Below, piece after piece: positions 12,615-24,742 of a stretch of 64,000 nt of DNA. The DNA is from Mobula hypostoma (taxonomy: Eukaryota): contig NC_086097.1 in the NCBI RefSeq assembly GCF_963921235.1, positions 75,270,001 to 75,334,000 of the forward strand. Direction: 5' to 3'. A program made the translations under genes and the position numbers. The notes under the pieces were generated by a model. That model saw only the letters and a program-made list of their open reading frames with translations, was not told where the DNA came from and did not search any database. Numbering within the stretch: position 1 is the stretch's first letter; each line of letters starts with the position of its first letter.

Positions 12615-12926
12615 ATGCTCTGTTTTCTATGACCGATGTGTACTTTTCCATTATCATACTATTCACCTGTGTGACACAATGCCATCAGTAGCTGACAAAT
12701 TAACAAGGGATAAACTTTCACATTGTCAAGTTAACCCTGTGAACTTCCACCACAACAAATCTCATTATTCCACACTCTTTCCCTATCCCTCAGTTGGAAC
12801 AATATATCTTTGAAGGCGTGATCTGAACTCTTAAGCCTAAGATTATCTTGCTTCACTGTCATGGTTCCAATTTGTCTAAACTTCAGTTCTTTGGGTGTGG
12901 GCTGGGATTGATAGTGGATAGTGATA

Positions 12927-13615
12927 GATGGCGGGGGGAGAAGATGGCAGCGCGATGCAGCTCGCAGTGGCCACTCCGGTGGTGGATGTCTGTTATCTGT
13001 CAAGTAGGGTGCCGTGCACAATCCTGATTTGATGGAGACAGACGTGAGAGCATGGAGGAACATCTGGTGAAACTTCTGAAATGCCTGCTTCACTGCTGCT
13101 GCTACTATGTGACCCAGAATCTCCGGAGGGGAAGGCCCCGAGTCCTCGGCTTTGTTTGTTGCTCAGCGGCCGGGGCAGGGTCGAATCGCTCGGCAGAGAA
13201 TGGTGCTCGGTGCTCGGTGTTGGAGGGCTGGTCGGAGGCTCGAAGTTTTCCGACGGACTCAGAGTCCGCTGCGGTCGGGTGTTTCCAATGGTGCTGCATC
13301 GGCAAGTTTGTGGTGCTTGAAGGTTCATGGCAGGGAGAGTTTCTCTGCTTTACTGTCTGCGTGAGATGACAGCGCTATCGGGACCTTGAGACTTTTTTTT
13401 ACAGTGCCCATGGTCTGCTCTTTATCAAATTACTGTATTGCTTTGCACTGTTGTAACTATATTTTATAATTATGTGGTTTTGTCAGTTTTAGTCTTGGTT
13501 TGTCCTGTGTTTCTTGTGATATCATTCTGGAGGAACATTGTATCATTTTTTAATGCATGCATTTCCAAATAACAATAAACGAGGACTGAATGTCCTCATA
13601 ATCTAAAAAATCTAA
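12927..13615 (+). mobile_element. GC-rich non-autonomous retroposon with LINE-like 5' and 3' ends
   Basis: Starts GGGGGGAGAAGATGGC, has a CpG-rich body and a T-rich 3' part, AATAAA (13574), hairpin GAGGAC-TGAAT-GTCCTC and an AATCT-type tail. Confidence 0.6.
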
Positions 13616-14089
13616 AGTGGTTCCTTTGTATTCCATAACTATGGTTATACGACATTCCTTAAGTACTCCATCACTAGCAATGTGCTGTGGAATATCCTGA
13701 GGTCCTAAGACAAGTTATAATGTGCTTGCCAAACTTTATTTGAAAATCTCATGCTGTACTGATCACTCCTGTGGACATACTGTATGAAATGTTAAGCTTA
13801 ATGTTTAAGATGTCAGATGTTGTGACACTACTTTTAAGTTTAGATATTTTATTATTTTGAGATTTTGCAATCTGACAACTAGCTTCCTATAAATTACTTA
13901 ACATGTTTTATGTTTTTTAAAAAATAATATGATTAAGTTTACCCACAGATTATTTATTGTGTCCATAAAGACCTTTGGGAATGCTTTCAACTGAAAGTTA
14001 AAGTAATAATTTTTTGTCAGTAGCTTCCCTTAAAACAAATAATTATGAAATACTAGAAGCCAAGTTCCAAAGTTTTCCTGGAAGAAAAG

Positions 14090-14090
<1 letters not shown>

Positions 14091-14131
<41 letters not shown>
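14091..14131. repeat. (TG)n microsatellite, about 20 units
   Basis: Direct reading; it forms the (CA)n tail of the adjacent minus-strand element. Confidence 0.97.
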
Positions 14132-14132
<1 letters not shown>

Positions 14133-14750
14133 TGGGCATCCTCATTGTTGGAGCTCTATATGTATGATATGATGATGAGGCCTCTGCTGGTCGGGATCAA
14201 CCATGGATATGCATCCTATCTGTTTAGATATGTGACCAGGGCAGTACAATATGGAGAGCAAACTGTTGACTATGTAGCATGCTCCTTTCCTCCATGCATC
14301 TGGTGAACCTAAAGAAACGGCGGAGACCGAGAGAGTTTGCCACCAGCAGTGTCGCAGGAGTCACCAGTCAGCGTTGAAGCCAATGTAGGACTGCCTTAGG
14401 GACTCCCGCTCTGGACTTTTCCCAAAAGGTTTATTCCCAAAGTCTTCCCCATGAGTGCGTATAGCTGCAAGGCAGCGGAGGTTTGAGATCAGAATTTTCC
14501 TTCTCCTAGATGAGCTGCCAACCACGGTTGACGAGCCCCGCCTGCCCGAAGCGACTGGTTTTAAGGCGCCAGTAGCCCACTTTTCCTCCTTTCCCTGTCA
14601 GTAGAAACGGTTCCACCGGGCTTAGTAGCTAAGCCACACGTGAAGGCCAGGAGCTGGGCTTCGTTGTCAGAGGCTATTTGAGTTACACAGCATTGGGAGC
14701 ATTTAATAGGTAGTGGGAGCTTGTCCCCACTACCACTTCCAGCTATAATA
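14132..14750 (-). mobile_element. RTE-derived non-autonomous element (structured 5' part plus RTE-type 3' end)
   Basis: The minus strand contains GGCAGCTCATCTAGGAGAAGGAAAATTCTGATCTCAAACC (recognised as an RTE-type 5'UTR motif) and the 3' end CCATGGTTGATCCCGACCAGCAGAGGCCT(CAT)3; no credible ORF. Confidence 0.65.
14592..14743 (-). ncRNA. Candidate HDV-like ribozyme (atypical/degenerate)
   Basis: By-eye fold: P1 GCUGG/CCGGU, P2 CUCCUG/CAGGGA, P3 GCC/GGC around loop UUCACGUGU, then GG, a short P4 and J4/2 CUGA. Confidence 0.4.
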
Positions 14751-15579
14751 TCCTTAAGGAACCAAGGTTTATAATTACTGATTAAAAACATTTAAGGATT
14801 ATTCTAGTATAGTGCTTATTAATAAAACGTGAACAATGTCACTATAATTGATGTCAAAATGAATCCTGGTATTTCTTTTTTGTAAGAATGAAAAGTAACA
14901 ATGTTCATATTGTGGAAATCTGTTCTAGCTGTTATGTTTGAGTCATGACAATCTAACTAACAGAGTGGTTTAAGGAAATCAGTAGACTGATTTCTATACT
15001 AGAACTGTGGGAGACATAAGAATGTATTTGTCCTGGGAAGGCATCAGGTTGCCTTTAGCTAGCCTGGGATTAATAAGTGGGATCTACTTGTAAAACAAAA
15101 ATGTGTCTTGTTGTATTGCACAATGTAATGTCAGTAGACTAGTTCTAACAAGAGAGAGCACTTACAGTCTCAGGTAATGTGAATTCATTTCTGCTGGACG
15201 TGGAAACTTGTAGCACAGTCAGCATCCATATTTTGCAGTGTGGTGTGCATTATATAATAGGTATTGTGGGTTGGGCAGGATTAGCACCTAGTCGTTTGAT
15301 TATGTATCCTTTTTTTCAGGGATAATTTGTTCTTTCATCAATGTGCTGATGAAGCCAATTGTCCCTTTCATTCTAGAAACACATTGTTCTGAGAATCTTC
15401 CTTGAACTAACCACTTAATCATGTTTTCCATTACAGGATATAACTATCAAAGCCATATAACTGTATCCAACATCAAAATCTGTATTTTCATCACTTTATC
15501 AAAAAACACCTGCTTTTTTATTTGTTAACAGAATATTCCATTATGTGAACATTTAATCCTTGTTTAACAATGAAATTCA

Positions 15580-15960
15580 AATTAACCTCGCAGGTTATCT
15601 GATAAATTGCTGTCACCGAATGTTATCTTTTTTTCTGAATATAACGATCAGCTTTATAATTGTTCCTGTTTACCATCACCCCTTCATTTTTATCTCGTTT
15701 TCTTTAATGATACTGTGAGGTCTGCACAGAAGGCAGTGGAAAAATACACAGGATATTGACGAAAGAAAACATGCCTCTTTATGTCACTTTGTAGCTGACG
15801 GCTCGGCCTTGGATGCTGGTGCCAGCAGAGAGCGCGTGTTTTGCTGTTTGTGTTTGCCAGCTGTTGTGGAGTTGTGCATCCTGTTGCCTGTAAGGTGAGT
15901 AAACATTAAATGTTAGGCTAATGACAGACAGGTTCATTCTGCTTTTCTCTCTCTTAGGGC
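15580..15960. promoter_or_regulatory. Repeat-free, CpG-retaining block, possible conserved non-coding element
   Basis: Unique sequence with retained CpGs and TGACA/TAAT/CAGCTG motifs; conservation not testable here. Confidence 0.3.
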
Positions 15961-16984
15961 TACATTTACACATACAGTACAGAGAGGAAATACCGAACTA
16001 ATGCAATGAGTTAGTTAAATGGAAATATATGTCAACAGTTTGAAATAACAATATAGTTGTTTGTATTAAGTTAATAGAAATATCACCAGCTATAATTATT
16101 TCAGTATATTCCTTTCATTGTAAGTATCGCCACCATTACTTACATCATCCATGCTTATCACTGGCAGCTGTCTATATCAAGCAACTAGTTGCTATGAGCA
16201 CAGGACTGCTTTATGAGGTACTTCTTATGCAGAGTAGCTGCACCAACTCTTTTGGTTATAGAACCTTTTCAATGGATCTTCCTGTTTCATGATATCTATC
16301 CATCACTGTTTCTTATCACTTTGATGCTGCTTGTGAGAGTTATTTTATTCTCTCACTTCCATTTCTTTCTGTGTTGAATCAGTCCTTTCCCATTTGGTGG
16401 GAAGTACTGATAGGGGCTGCAGACCCATGAAATCAATCAGCCATGTTGTGTTATGCAATGCACTTTCTAACAGACAAGACCCCATTAACACCAATATTCC
16501 CACTGTAAATAATGGAATCCTTTGTTTCTGAAGTTTGTTTTCTAACACTTGCCACCTGGGAGGACAGGGGTTCTCGAGTGTGTAGACAACTTCAGAGCCA
16601 TTAACTAGATGATCACCAGAGACCTCATGTGAAGCTTGGTTTGTCAGGTGTTAACTGTTGCCACTCTTAAGATGAAATGTCTGCTAGCTCTTCAGCGGAA
16701 AGCAGTGGCTCGGGTGAAAGCTAATTTAAATATGTGCATTATCCAACAATCGAACTCCAAATGTCACCAAACAAAAAATAAGGAATTACATATATGAGCA
16801 CCCATTTTTTTCATGTGTGCTGTAGGTTGTTCAAAAAAATTATTTCCCCAGGTATTTATTTCAGGTGAAGTTCCACCTTTTAGGAATTCTGCCAGCTCCT
16901 CTGTCTGCCAATCATTTGGCACTTTCCCAGCCTCATTCACACATGCAATGAAGTCTCAAGCCATGTGTTTCCTCCTTCATCAAC

Positions 16985-18470
16985 ATAAAAGTGAGATGCT
17001 TCACTTTGGGAGTGTCAGAGACCCTGGAATAAACACTATGAATGGTAGGGTTCCAGGGAATATTGAGAAATGGAGAGGCCTTGTTATCCAAATTGAATTG
17101 AATTGACTTTATTACTTACATCTTTCATATAGTGAGGAGTAAAGATCTTCACGTTACGTCTCAGTCTAAATGTGCAGTGTGTAACTTATAGTAATTTGTA
17201 ATAAATAGTATGTACAACTGGATGGTTCATATAACATAGGAACAGAATTGTATCAGTGTGAATTAATCAATCTGATGGCCTGGTGGAAGAAGCTGTCCCG
17301 GAGCCTGTTGGTCCTGTGGTACTGTTTCCTGGATGGTAGCAGCTGGAACAGTTTGTGCTTGGGGTGATCCGAGTCCCCAATGATCCTTCAGCCCCTTTTT
17401 ACACACCTGTCTTTGCAAATGTCCTGAATAATGGGAAGTTCACATCTACCGATGCGCTGGGCTGTCTGCGTCACTCTCTGCAGAGTCCTGCAATTGAGGG
17501 AAGTACAGTTCCCATACCAGGCAGTATGTGGCCAGTCAATATGCTCTCAATTGTGTCCCTATAGAAAGTTCTTAGGATTTGGCGGCCCATACCAAACTTC
17601 TTCAACCATCTGAGGAGAAAGGGGCGCTGTTGTGCTTTTTTCACCACACAGCCGGTATGTGCGGACCACGTGAGATCCTCAGTGATGTGCATGCTGAGGA
17701 ACTTAAAGCTGTTCACCCTCTTAGCCCCAGATACATGTTAATAGAGGTTAGCCTGTCTCCATTCCTCTTGTAATCCACAACCAGCTCCTTCGTTTTTGCG
17801 ATATTGAGGGAGAGGTTGTTTTCTTGACACCACTGTGTCAATGCAAACTTCCTTAAAGTGACAGTACAGTTAGGGAGTATCTGTCGTTCAGGGGATTAAA
17901 TATAAGAACAGGAGTTTGTGCTTCAACTTTAAAAAAGAGATCTCATCTGGAGTACTGTGTGCAGTTCCGGTCTGGTTACCACAATACAGAAAAGGTGTGG
18001 CAGCACTGGAGAGTGTATGCATAGAAGATTCACTGGGATATTACCTGGGATGGAGCATTTCATTAATGAGGAGACTCTGAAAAGGTTTTTTTCTCCCCCC
18101 CCCCCGACCCGGAGTGGGGGAGATTAAGAGGTGATGTGGCAGTGCTTATGAGGTATATCGATTGGGATGACTGCAGGAAGCAGTTTCCCACATCAGAGAC
18201 TGATAAAATTGGATGATATAGGTTCAGGGAAAAGCTTGAGAGATTTTGAGATGATATGAGGGGGACATTTTACTTACAGAATTAACTCCCAGAGAGAGTG
18301 GTGGAAGCAGAATCACTGAGAGCATTTTACAAGTGTCCAAATAAGCACTTGAATTGCCTTGGCAACAGACAGCTATGGACCAAATGCTGGAAGATGGGAT
18401 TAATACAGAGTGTACCCATTGGTCAATATGAACACGGGGCTGAATGGTCTTTTCATGCTGTGTGACTAAT
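16985..18470 (+). mobile_element. Old CR1-like LINE fragment interrupted by a Rex1 copy
   Basis: 16985-17090 encodes CEMLHFGS...TMNGRVPGNIEKWRGL; it resumes at 17841 (CATCTGGAGTACTGTGTGCAGTTC = HLEYCVQF) and ends in a CR1-type tail. Confidence 0.75.
17091..17840 (-). mobile_element. Rex1/Babar-like LINE 3' fragment
   Basis: ORF 17471-17716 (SFKFLSMHITEDLTWS...VKKAQQR...FYRDTIESILTG); (CAATT)n tail at 17091. Confidence 0.9.
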
Positions 18471-18589
18471 AGCTATTAAATTCTAAAAAATTTTTGGAGG
18501 GCAAACTATAATCTTAGCTGAGTACTCACAGAAAGCTATGAACTATCATGAATTAAAAAGTCAATTAAAATGTCTGTAGGCTAAATTCA

Positions 18590-18988
18590 TGTCTTGCCTA
18601 CAGCTTCTTGGTTGAGTTTTTTGAGGAGGTGAAGAAGATGATTGATGTGGTTAGCGCAATACATGTTGTATGCATGAACTTTGATAAAACTTTTGACAAA
18701 GTCAGTTATGACAAGCTAATCCAGAAGGTTAAGGAACACAGGATCCATGGAATCTTGGTAGGTAGTATTCAAAATTGTCTTGAGCATAGAAGACCTCTAG
18801 AGTTTGAGGGGTGTTATTCTGACTGAAATCTGTGACCTGTGGTGTTCCACATCAATCAACGTTTTGGACTTCTGTTGTGTGTGATACATTTAAATAATCT
18901 GGATGTAAATGTAGGTGGGCTGATTAGTAAATTGTTAGATGACACAAAATTTAGTGGAGTTGTGGATGGTGGGGAAGGTTGTTGAGGA
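18590..18988 (+). mobile_element. CR1-like RT fragment (left part, interrupted by Rex1)
   Basis: ORF 18608-18826 (EFFEEV...VVCMNFDKTFDKVSY); AAATTGTTAGATGACACAAAA is a degenerate KFADDTK. Confidence 0.85.
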
Positions 18989-21900
18989 GTTGTTCCGGGG
19001 CGCCTAGGGGCGACTCGAGTAGCAGCGCTACTCTCAATGGATACGATTAAATATTCTCTTTTCAGCCTGTTACAGCTAAAGAGCCCAACTGCTTCCAAGG
19101 TCAGTACAGTCAACAAAGATGTCTTAATGTGTTTAAATAAGTTATTGCTGCTTAACACCGACAGAGACAACACTGATTGTGGATGGAAGGGTCCACGTAG
19201 GAAACATGGTTGAAGGTCAGGGATACAAGTGCATTTAAGGAAATGGGGTTTTAAACTCCAAGTACCGGCCATCTTGTTATCAAACGTGCAGACTCTGGTG
19301 AATAAAATCGATGATCTCAGAGCTAGGGTGCTGAGTAAGAGGGACAGTAGGACGGCATGTGTCATTTGTTTCACGGAATCCTGGTTAACCTCTTCCGTAC
19401 CGGATACAGCGATTCAGATCAACAGGTTTACTATACACCGTCAGGATAGATCTATAGAATCTCTCAAAAGCAGAGGTGGAGGAGCATGCCTCATGATCAA
19501 CTCTTCTTGGTGCACAAATATATCAGTGCTGTCCCAATTCTGCTCACCAAACCTGGAGTATCTAGCAGTTAGGTGCCGTCCTTTTTACATACCGCAGGAG
19601 TCCTCTGGGGTTATTTTGGTAGTAGTATGCATTCTACCTCAGACCAATGTCAATCAGGCTTTAGATAATCTGAGCAATGGGATCAACAGGCATGCAACGG
19701 TGCACCCTAATGCCTTCACGATCATTTTGGTAGATTTTAACCAGACCAGTCAGAAAAAAATCACTAAGCAACAGATCACTCTCAACACCAGAGGAAACAC
19801 ACACTGAACTATTGTTACACCACCATCAAAAATGCCTACCGTGCTGTTCCACTCCCTCACTTTGGGAAGTCTGATCACCTGGCTGTACTTCTACTCCCTG
19901 AGTATAGGCAGAGACTGAAGACTGCAGCACCAGCTGTGAGGACCAAGAAGCTATAGACAAGGAAGCACAGGAGCGCCTACAGGACTGCTTTGAATCAATG
20001 GGCTGGACTGTATTCAGGGATTCATCTACAAACCTGGATGAGAATGCTGCAGTTATTACCGACTTCATTAAAACCTGTGTGGATGAGTGTGTGCCTACAA
20101 AGACTTACTGTACCTTCCCAAATCAAAAGCGTGGATGAACCAGGAGGTACGTCACCTGCTGAAGGCTAGATCTGTGGCATTCAAGTCTGGGTGACCTAGG
20201 CCTGTACCAGAAAACCAGGTATGATTTGCAGAGGGTTATTTCAAGGTGAAGAGACAATTTTGAATGAGGTTGGAGGCAACATCAGATGTACAACAACTCT
20301 GGCAGGGTTTGCAAGACATTACCTCCTACAAAGCAAAACCCAATAGCATGAATGGCAGCGATGCTTCACTACCAGATGAACTCAGTTCCTTCTATGCCCA
20401 CTTTGAAAGGGAGAATATAACTACAGCTGTGAAGATCCCTGCTGTACCTGATGACCCTGTGATCTCTGTGTCTGAGGCCAATGTTAGACTGTCTTTAAAC
20501 AGAGTGAACCCTCGCAAGGCGGAAGGTCCTGATGGAGTACCCGGTAAGGCTCTGAAAACCTGTGCCAACCAACTTGCAGAAGCATTAAGAACATTTTCAA
20601 CCTCTCACTGCTACGGGCAGAAGTTCCCACTTGCTTCAATGAGGCAACAATTATACCAGTGCCTAAGAAGAATAATGTGAGCTGCCTTAATGACTATTGC
20701 CCGGTAACACTCACATCTACAGTGATGAAATACTTTGAGTGATTGGTCATGACTAGACTGAACTCCTGCCTCAGCAAGGACCTGGACACATTGTAATTTG
20801 CCTATCGCCACAACAGGGCAACGGCAGATGCAATCTCAATGGTTCTCCACGTGGCTTTAGACCACCTGGACAACACAAACAACTATGTCAGGATGCTGTT
20901 CATCAAATATAGCTCAGTATATAATACCATCATTCCCAAAATCCTGATTGAGAAGTTGCAGAACCTGGGTCTCTGTACCTCCCCTGAAATTGCATCCTCA
21001 ACTTCATAAACAGAAGACCACAATTTATGCAGATTAGTGATTACATCTCCTCCTTGCTGGCGATCAGCACTGGTGTACCTCAGGGGTGTGTGCTTAGCCC
21101 ACTGCTCTACTCTCTCTATACCCATGACTGTATGGCTAAGCATAGCTCAAATACCATCTATAAATTTGCTGATGGTACAACCATTGTTGGTAGAATCTCA
21201 GGTGGTGACGAGAGGGTGTACAGGAGTGAGATATGCCAACTAGTGGAATGGTATTGCAGCAACAACTTGGCACTCAACGTCAGTAAGATGAAAGAGCTGA
21301 TTGTGGACTTCAGGAAGGGTAAGACAGGAACACGTACCAATCCTCATAGAGGGATCAGAAGTGGAGAGAGTGAGCAGCTTCAGGTTCCTGGGTGTCAAGA
21401 TCACTGAGGATCCAACCTGGTCCCAACAAATCGATGCAGTTATAAAGAAGGCAAGACAGCGGCCAGCGGCTATACTTCACTAGGAGTTTGAAGAGATTTG
21501 GTATGTCAATAAACACACTCAAAAACTTCTATAGATGTACTGTGGAGAGCATTCTGACAGGCTGCATCACTGTCTGGTATGGAGGGGCTACTGCACAGGA
21601 CCGAAAGAAGCTGCAGAGTGTTATAAATTTAGTCAACTCCATCTTGGGTACTAGCCTACAAAATACCCAGGATGTCTTCAAGGAACGGTATCTCAGAAAG
21701 GCAGTGTCCATTATTGAGGACCTCCAGCACCCAGGGCATGATCTTTTCTCGCTGTTGCCATCAGGTAGGAAGTACCTGAAGGCACAGACTCAGTGATTCA
21801 GGAACAGATTCTTCCCCTTGCCATCGAATTCCTAAATGGACATTGAACCCTTGGACACTACCACACTTTTTTGATATATAGTATTTCTGTTTTTTGTACA

Positions 21901-22077
21901 ATTTCTAATCTATTCAATCTATGCAAACTGTCATTGATTTAGTTATTTATTGATTATTATTATTATTTTATTTTGTGTTTTTTTCTATATTATGTATTGC
22001 ATTGTACTGCTGCTGCTGTTAATAAATTTCACGTCACATGTCGGTGACAATAAACCTGATTCTGATTCTAATTCTGA
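18989..22077 (+). mobile_element. Near-full-length Rex1/Babar-like LINE (APE endonuclease + RT), disabled by frameshifts and stops
   Basis: APE motifs LLSNVQTL, CFTESWL, GGG, LVDFN (19229-19807); RT motifs KAEGPDGVPG, GVPQGCVLSPLLYSLYTHDC, KFADGTTIVG, LNVSKMKEL; ends AATAAA-C-(CTGATT)n. Confidence 0.93.
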
Positions 22078-22407
22078 GATACAAGTCTGTCAATAATCTG
22101 GGCAGAGAAATGGCAGATGGACATTAATGTGGACAAGTGTGAGGTTTTGCAGTTTGGAATGTCAAATGTAAGAGGAAACTATACCGTAAATGGCAGGACC
22201 CTTAGGAGCATTGATATACAGAGGAAACTTGGGGTGCAAGTTCCCTAAAAGTGATAATATAAGTAGATCAGGTGATATAAAAGCATGTGCCATGCTTACC
22301 TTCATTTGTCAGAGCGCTGAATATAAATATTTGGAAGTAATGTTGCAGCCATATAAAACTTTGTTTCGGCTAAATCTGGAGAATCATATGCAGTTCTAGT
22401 CTCACCC
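22078..22407 (+). mobile_element. CR1-like RT fragment (right part)
   Basis: TGGGCAGAGAAATGGCAGATG...AAGTGTGAGGTTTTG (WAEKWQM...KCEVL) and YKTLFRLNLE continue the CR1 reading from 18988. Confidence 0.85.
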
Positions 22408-22715
22408 TATCAGGAAACGCAGAGGAAGCTTGACCCAAAAGCACAGCAACGGAGATGATTTAGCGATGAGTAATCCCTTTAGTAATAAACTGCAAAATAA
22501 CAAGTCACAAGGGAACATAAATCAAGATAGAACAGATACTTAACATGACAAGGAAACAAGGTGACTGAAGACCAGAAGCAGCAGGTTACAGCTGGCTGGT
22601 TTTCTGGGTGAACAAAAGACTGTGGATGGGAACTGGGTTTAAATAGGTTGCAGGTGATAAGATTAGTAGAAAATGAGTGGCCGGGTGCTTGGTGGAGACT
22701 GGAATGTGCCTGTCT
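22408..22715 (-). mobile_element. LTR fragment, same family as the LTR at 40523-40832
   Basis: Its reverse complement shares CCTATTTAAACCCAGTT, CCTTGTCATGTTAAGTATCTGT and GCTTTTGGGTCAAGCTTCCTCT with 40523-40832. Confidence 0.85.
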
Positions 22716-24530
22716 ACGTTTATCCTATCGCTACCCCCCATAATTTTGTATACCTCTATCGTTTCCCCTCTTCTTCTAATGCTTTCAGGAATAAAGTCCT
22801 ATTCTATTCAACTTTTCCTATAACTCAGTTCCCAAATTTCTGCCAGCATCCTTGTAATGTTTCTCTGCACTATTTCAGTCTTATTGATAACTTTCCTGTA
22901 GGCACAGTAGGTGATCAGAACTGCAAACAATACTCCAGATTAGCTGGTGCCAATGTCTTATACAACTTCAGTGTAACCTCCCAATTCCTCTACTCAATAC
23001 ATTGATTTATGAAGGTCAATGAATCAAAAGCATTCTTTACGATCCTATCTACCCGTAACACCACTTTCAAGGAATTATGGATCTGTAGCCCTCTGTTCTC
23101 CGGAGTGCCCTACTGTTCACCATGTAAGTCCTCCCAGGTTTATCCTCCCAAAGAGCAACACCACTCACTTGTCTGCATTAAATTCCATCTGCTATTTTCA
23201 GCCCATTTTTCCAGCTAGTCCAGATCAAGCTGTCCACTACACCTTAATCTTAACATCACCCACAAATTTACAGATCCAATTTACCACATTATCATCTAGA
23301 TCATTGATACAGATGGCAAACAACAGCAGACCCAGAAATGGTCCCTGCAGCATACCACTAGTCATAGGCTTCCAGTCAGATATTCAACTATCTATTATCA
23401 CTCTTTGACTTCTCCCACAAAACCAACACCTATTACAATTTGCTACCTCATCCTGAATGCCTAGTAACTAATCCTACCAATCTCCCATGTGGGACCTTGT
23501 CAAAGGCCTTACTAAAGTCCATGTAGACAACATCCACTGCATTGTCTTCATCAACTTTCCTGGCGGCTTCCTCTCTTGGATTGGTTAGACATGACTGACC
23601 ACACACAAAGCCATGTTGACTATCCCTAATCAGTCCTTGTCTATCCAAATACTTATATATCCTGTTCCTTAGAATACCTTCCAATAACTTACCACTTCCG
23701 ACTCATAGACTTATGGAGAAGAGGAGTTCTCCACTTGGACTGCACGTGGACATATCCGACCAAAACTTTTCCATGGAGGGCTTCCAGACCATTCGGGCTG
23801 ACCAGAAGTGCACTGAAAGCGGTAAGCGTAAAGGAGTTGGGGGCTTGCTGTTCTGGTTAACAAGGGATGGTGCAATCCTGGTCATATTACGATCGAGGAA
23901 CGTGTTTGTAGCCCAGATATTGAACTTTTTGCTGTTGGACTCCGGCCATATTCCACCGAGATACAACACTGGGCATCATGGGAGGTTGTTCCTGCCTGCG
24001 GCCATCAAACTTTGCAGCTCCTCCCGTGGAGGGTCAGACACCCTGAGCCAATAGGCTGGTCCTGGACTTATTTCCATCTGGCATAGTTTGCATATTGTTG
24101 TGTGATTGTTTGTGGTTTTTGTATTTCTATATATATGCTCTATTCTTGGTTGGTGCAGCTGTAACGAAACTCAATTTCCCTCGGGATCAATAAAGTATGT
24201 CTATGTCTATGTCTATGTCTATGCCTATGTCTGTCAACCTATTATTTCCTCGCTATTCTTAGAGCTTTTCTTAAATGGCGGGACAACAATAGCAAAGCTC
24301 CACTCCTCTGACACCTCACCTGTGGCTAAAGATGTTTTAAATACTTCTGCTAAGGTCACTGCAATTTCTGTACTAGCCTCCCACAAGATCTATGGCAACA
24401 GCTTGTCAGGCCCTTGGGATTTATCCACCCTAATTTGCCTCAAAATAGCAAGCACCTCTTCCACTGTAATCTGTATACAAACCATGAACTCACTGCTGTG
24501 TTACCTCACTTTTATAGACTGTGTCCATCT
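22716..24530 (-). mobile_element. CR1-like LINE RT region interrupted by a Rex1 derivative
   Basis: ORF 23448-23684 (SQHGFVCGQSCLTN...VDVVYMDFSKAFDKVPH); upstream RT sequence (DKSQGPD) resumes after 24225. Confidence 0.9.
23700..24225 (+). mobile_element. Internally deleted Rex1-like element
   Basis: An APE-like segment (EGFQTIRAD...SGKRKG) is joined directly to the ORF end (FLPAAIKL), then 3'UTR, AATAAA and a (GTCTAT)n tail. Confidence 0.8.
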
Positions 24531-24539
24531 CCCACGTGT

Positions 24540-24716
24540 ATTTTCATGTTCTTCTGCTACTGTAGCCAATCCACTTCAAGGTTCGATGTATTGTGCATTC
24601 AGAGATGCTCTCCTGCACAGCACAGTTGTAATACATGGTTATTTCAGTTGCTGCCACCTTCCTCTCAGCTTGAAGCAGTCTGGCCATTCTCCTCTGACTT
24701 CTCTCATGATCAAGGT
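24540..24716 (-). mobile_element. Tc1-like DNA transposon fragment
   Basis: TCTTCTGCTACTGTAGCCAATCCACTTCAAGGTTCGATGT...TTCAGAGATG...TGGTTATTT...CAGTCTGGCCATTCTCCTCTGAC, recognised as a fish-type Tc1 sequence. Confidence 0.65.
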
Positions 24717-24742
24717 ATGTTCATTGCTGTTCATTGAATGTT

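Noticed and set aside
12731..13369. Six overlapping ORFs in a GC-rich patch, suggesting a gene or CpG-island promoter
   Set aside because: All frames are open because of high GC content, no peptide is recognisable, and the unit ends in a retroposon-type tail.
18856..19374. 172-aa ORF with a signal-peptide-like start
   Set aside because: Antisense to Rex1 and CR1 sequence.
19229..21796. Endonuclease and reverse-transcriptase ORFs as functional CDS
   Set aside because: Broken by many stops and frameshifts, and the catalytic DD is mutated (FADG); it is a dead LINE copy.
24196..24232. Short tandem repeats (GTCTAT)n, and similarly (CTGATT)n and (AATTG)n elsewhere, as CRISPR-like or telomeric arrays
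   Set aside because: There are no spacers; they are LINE 3' tails.
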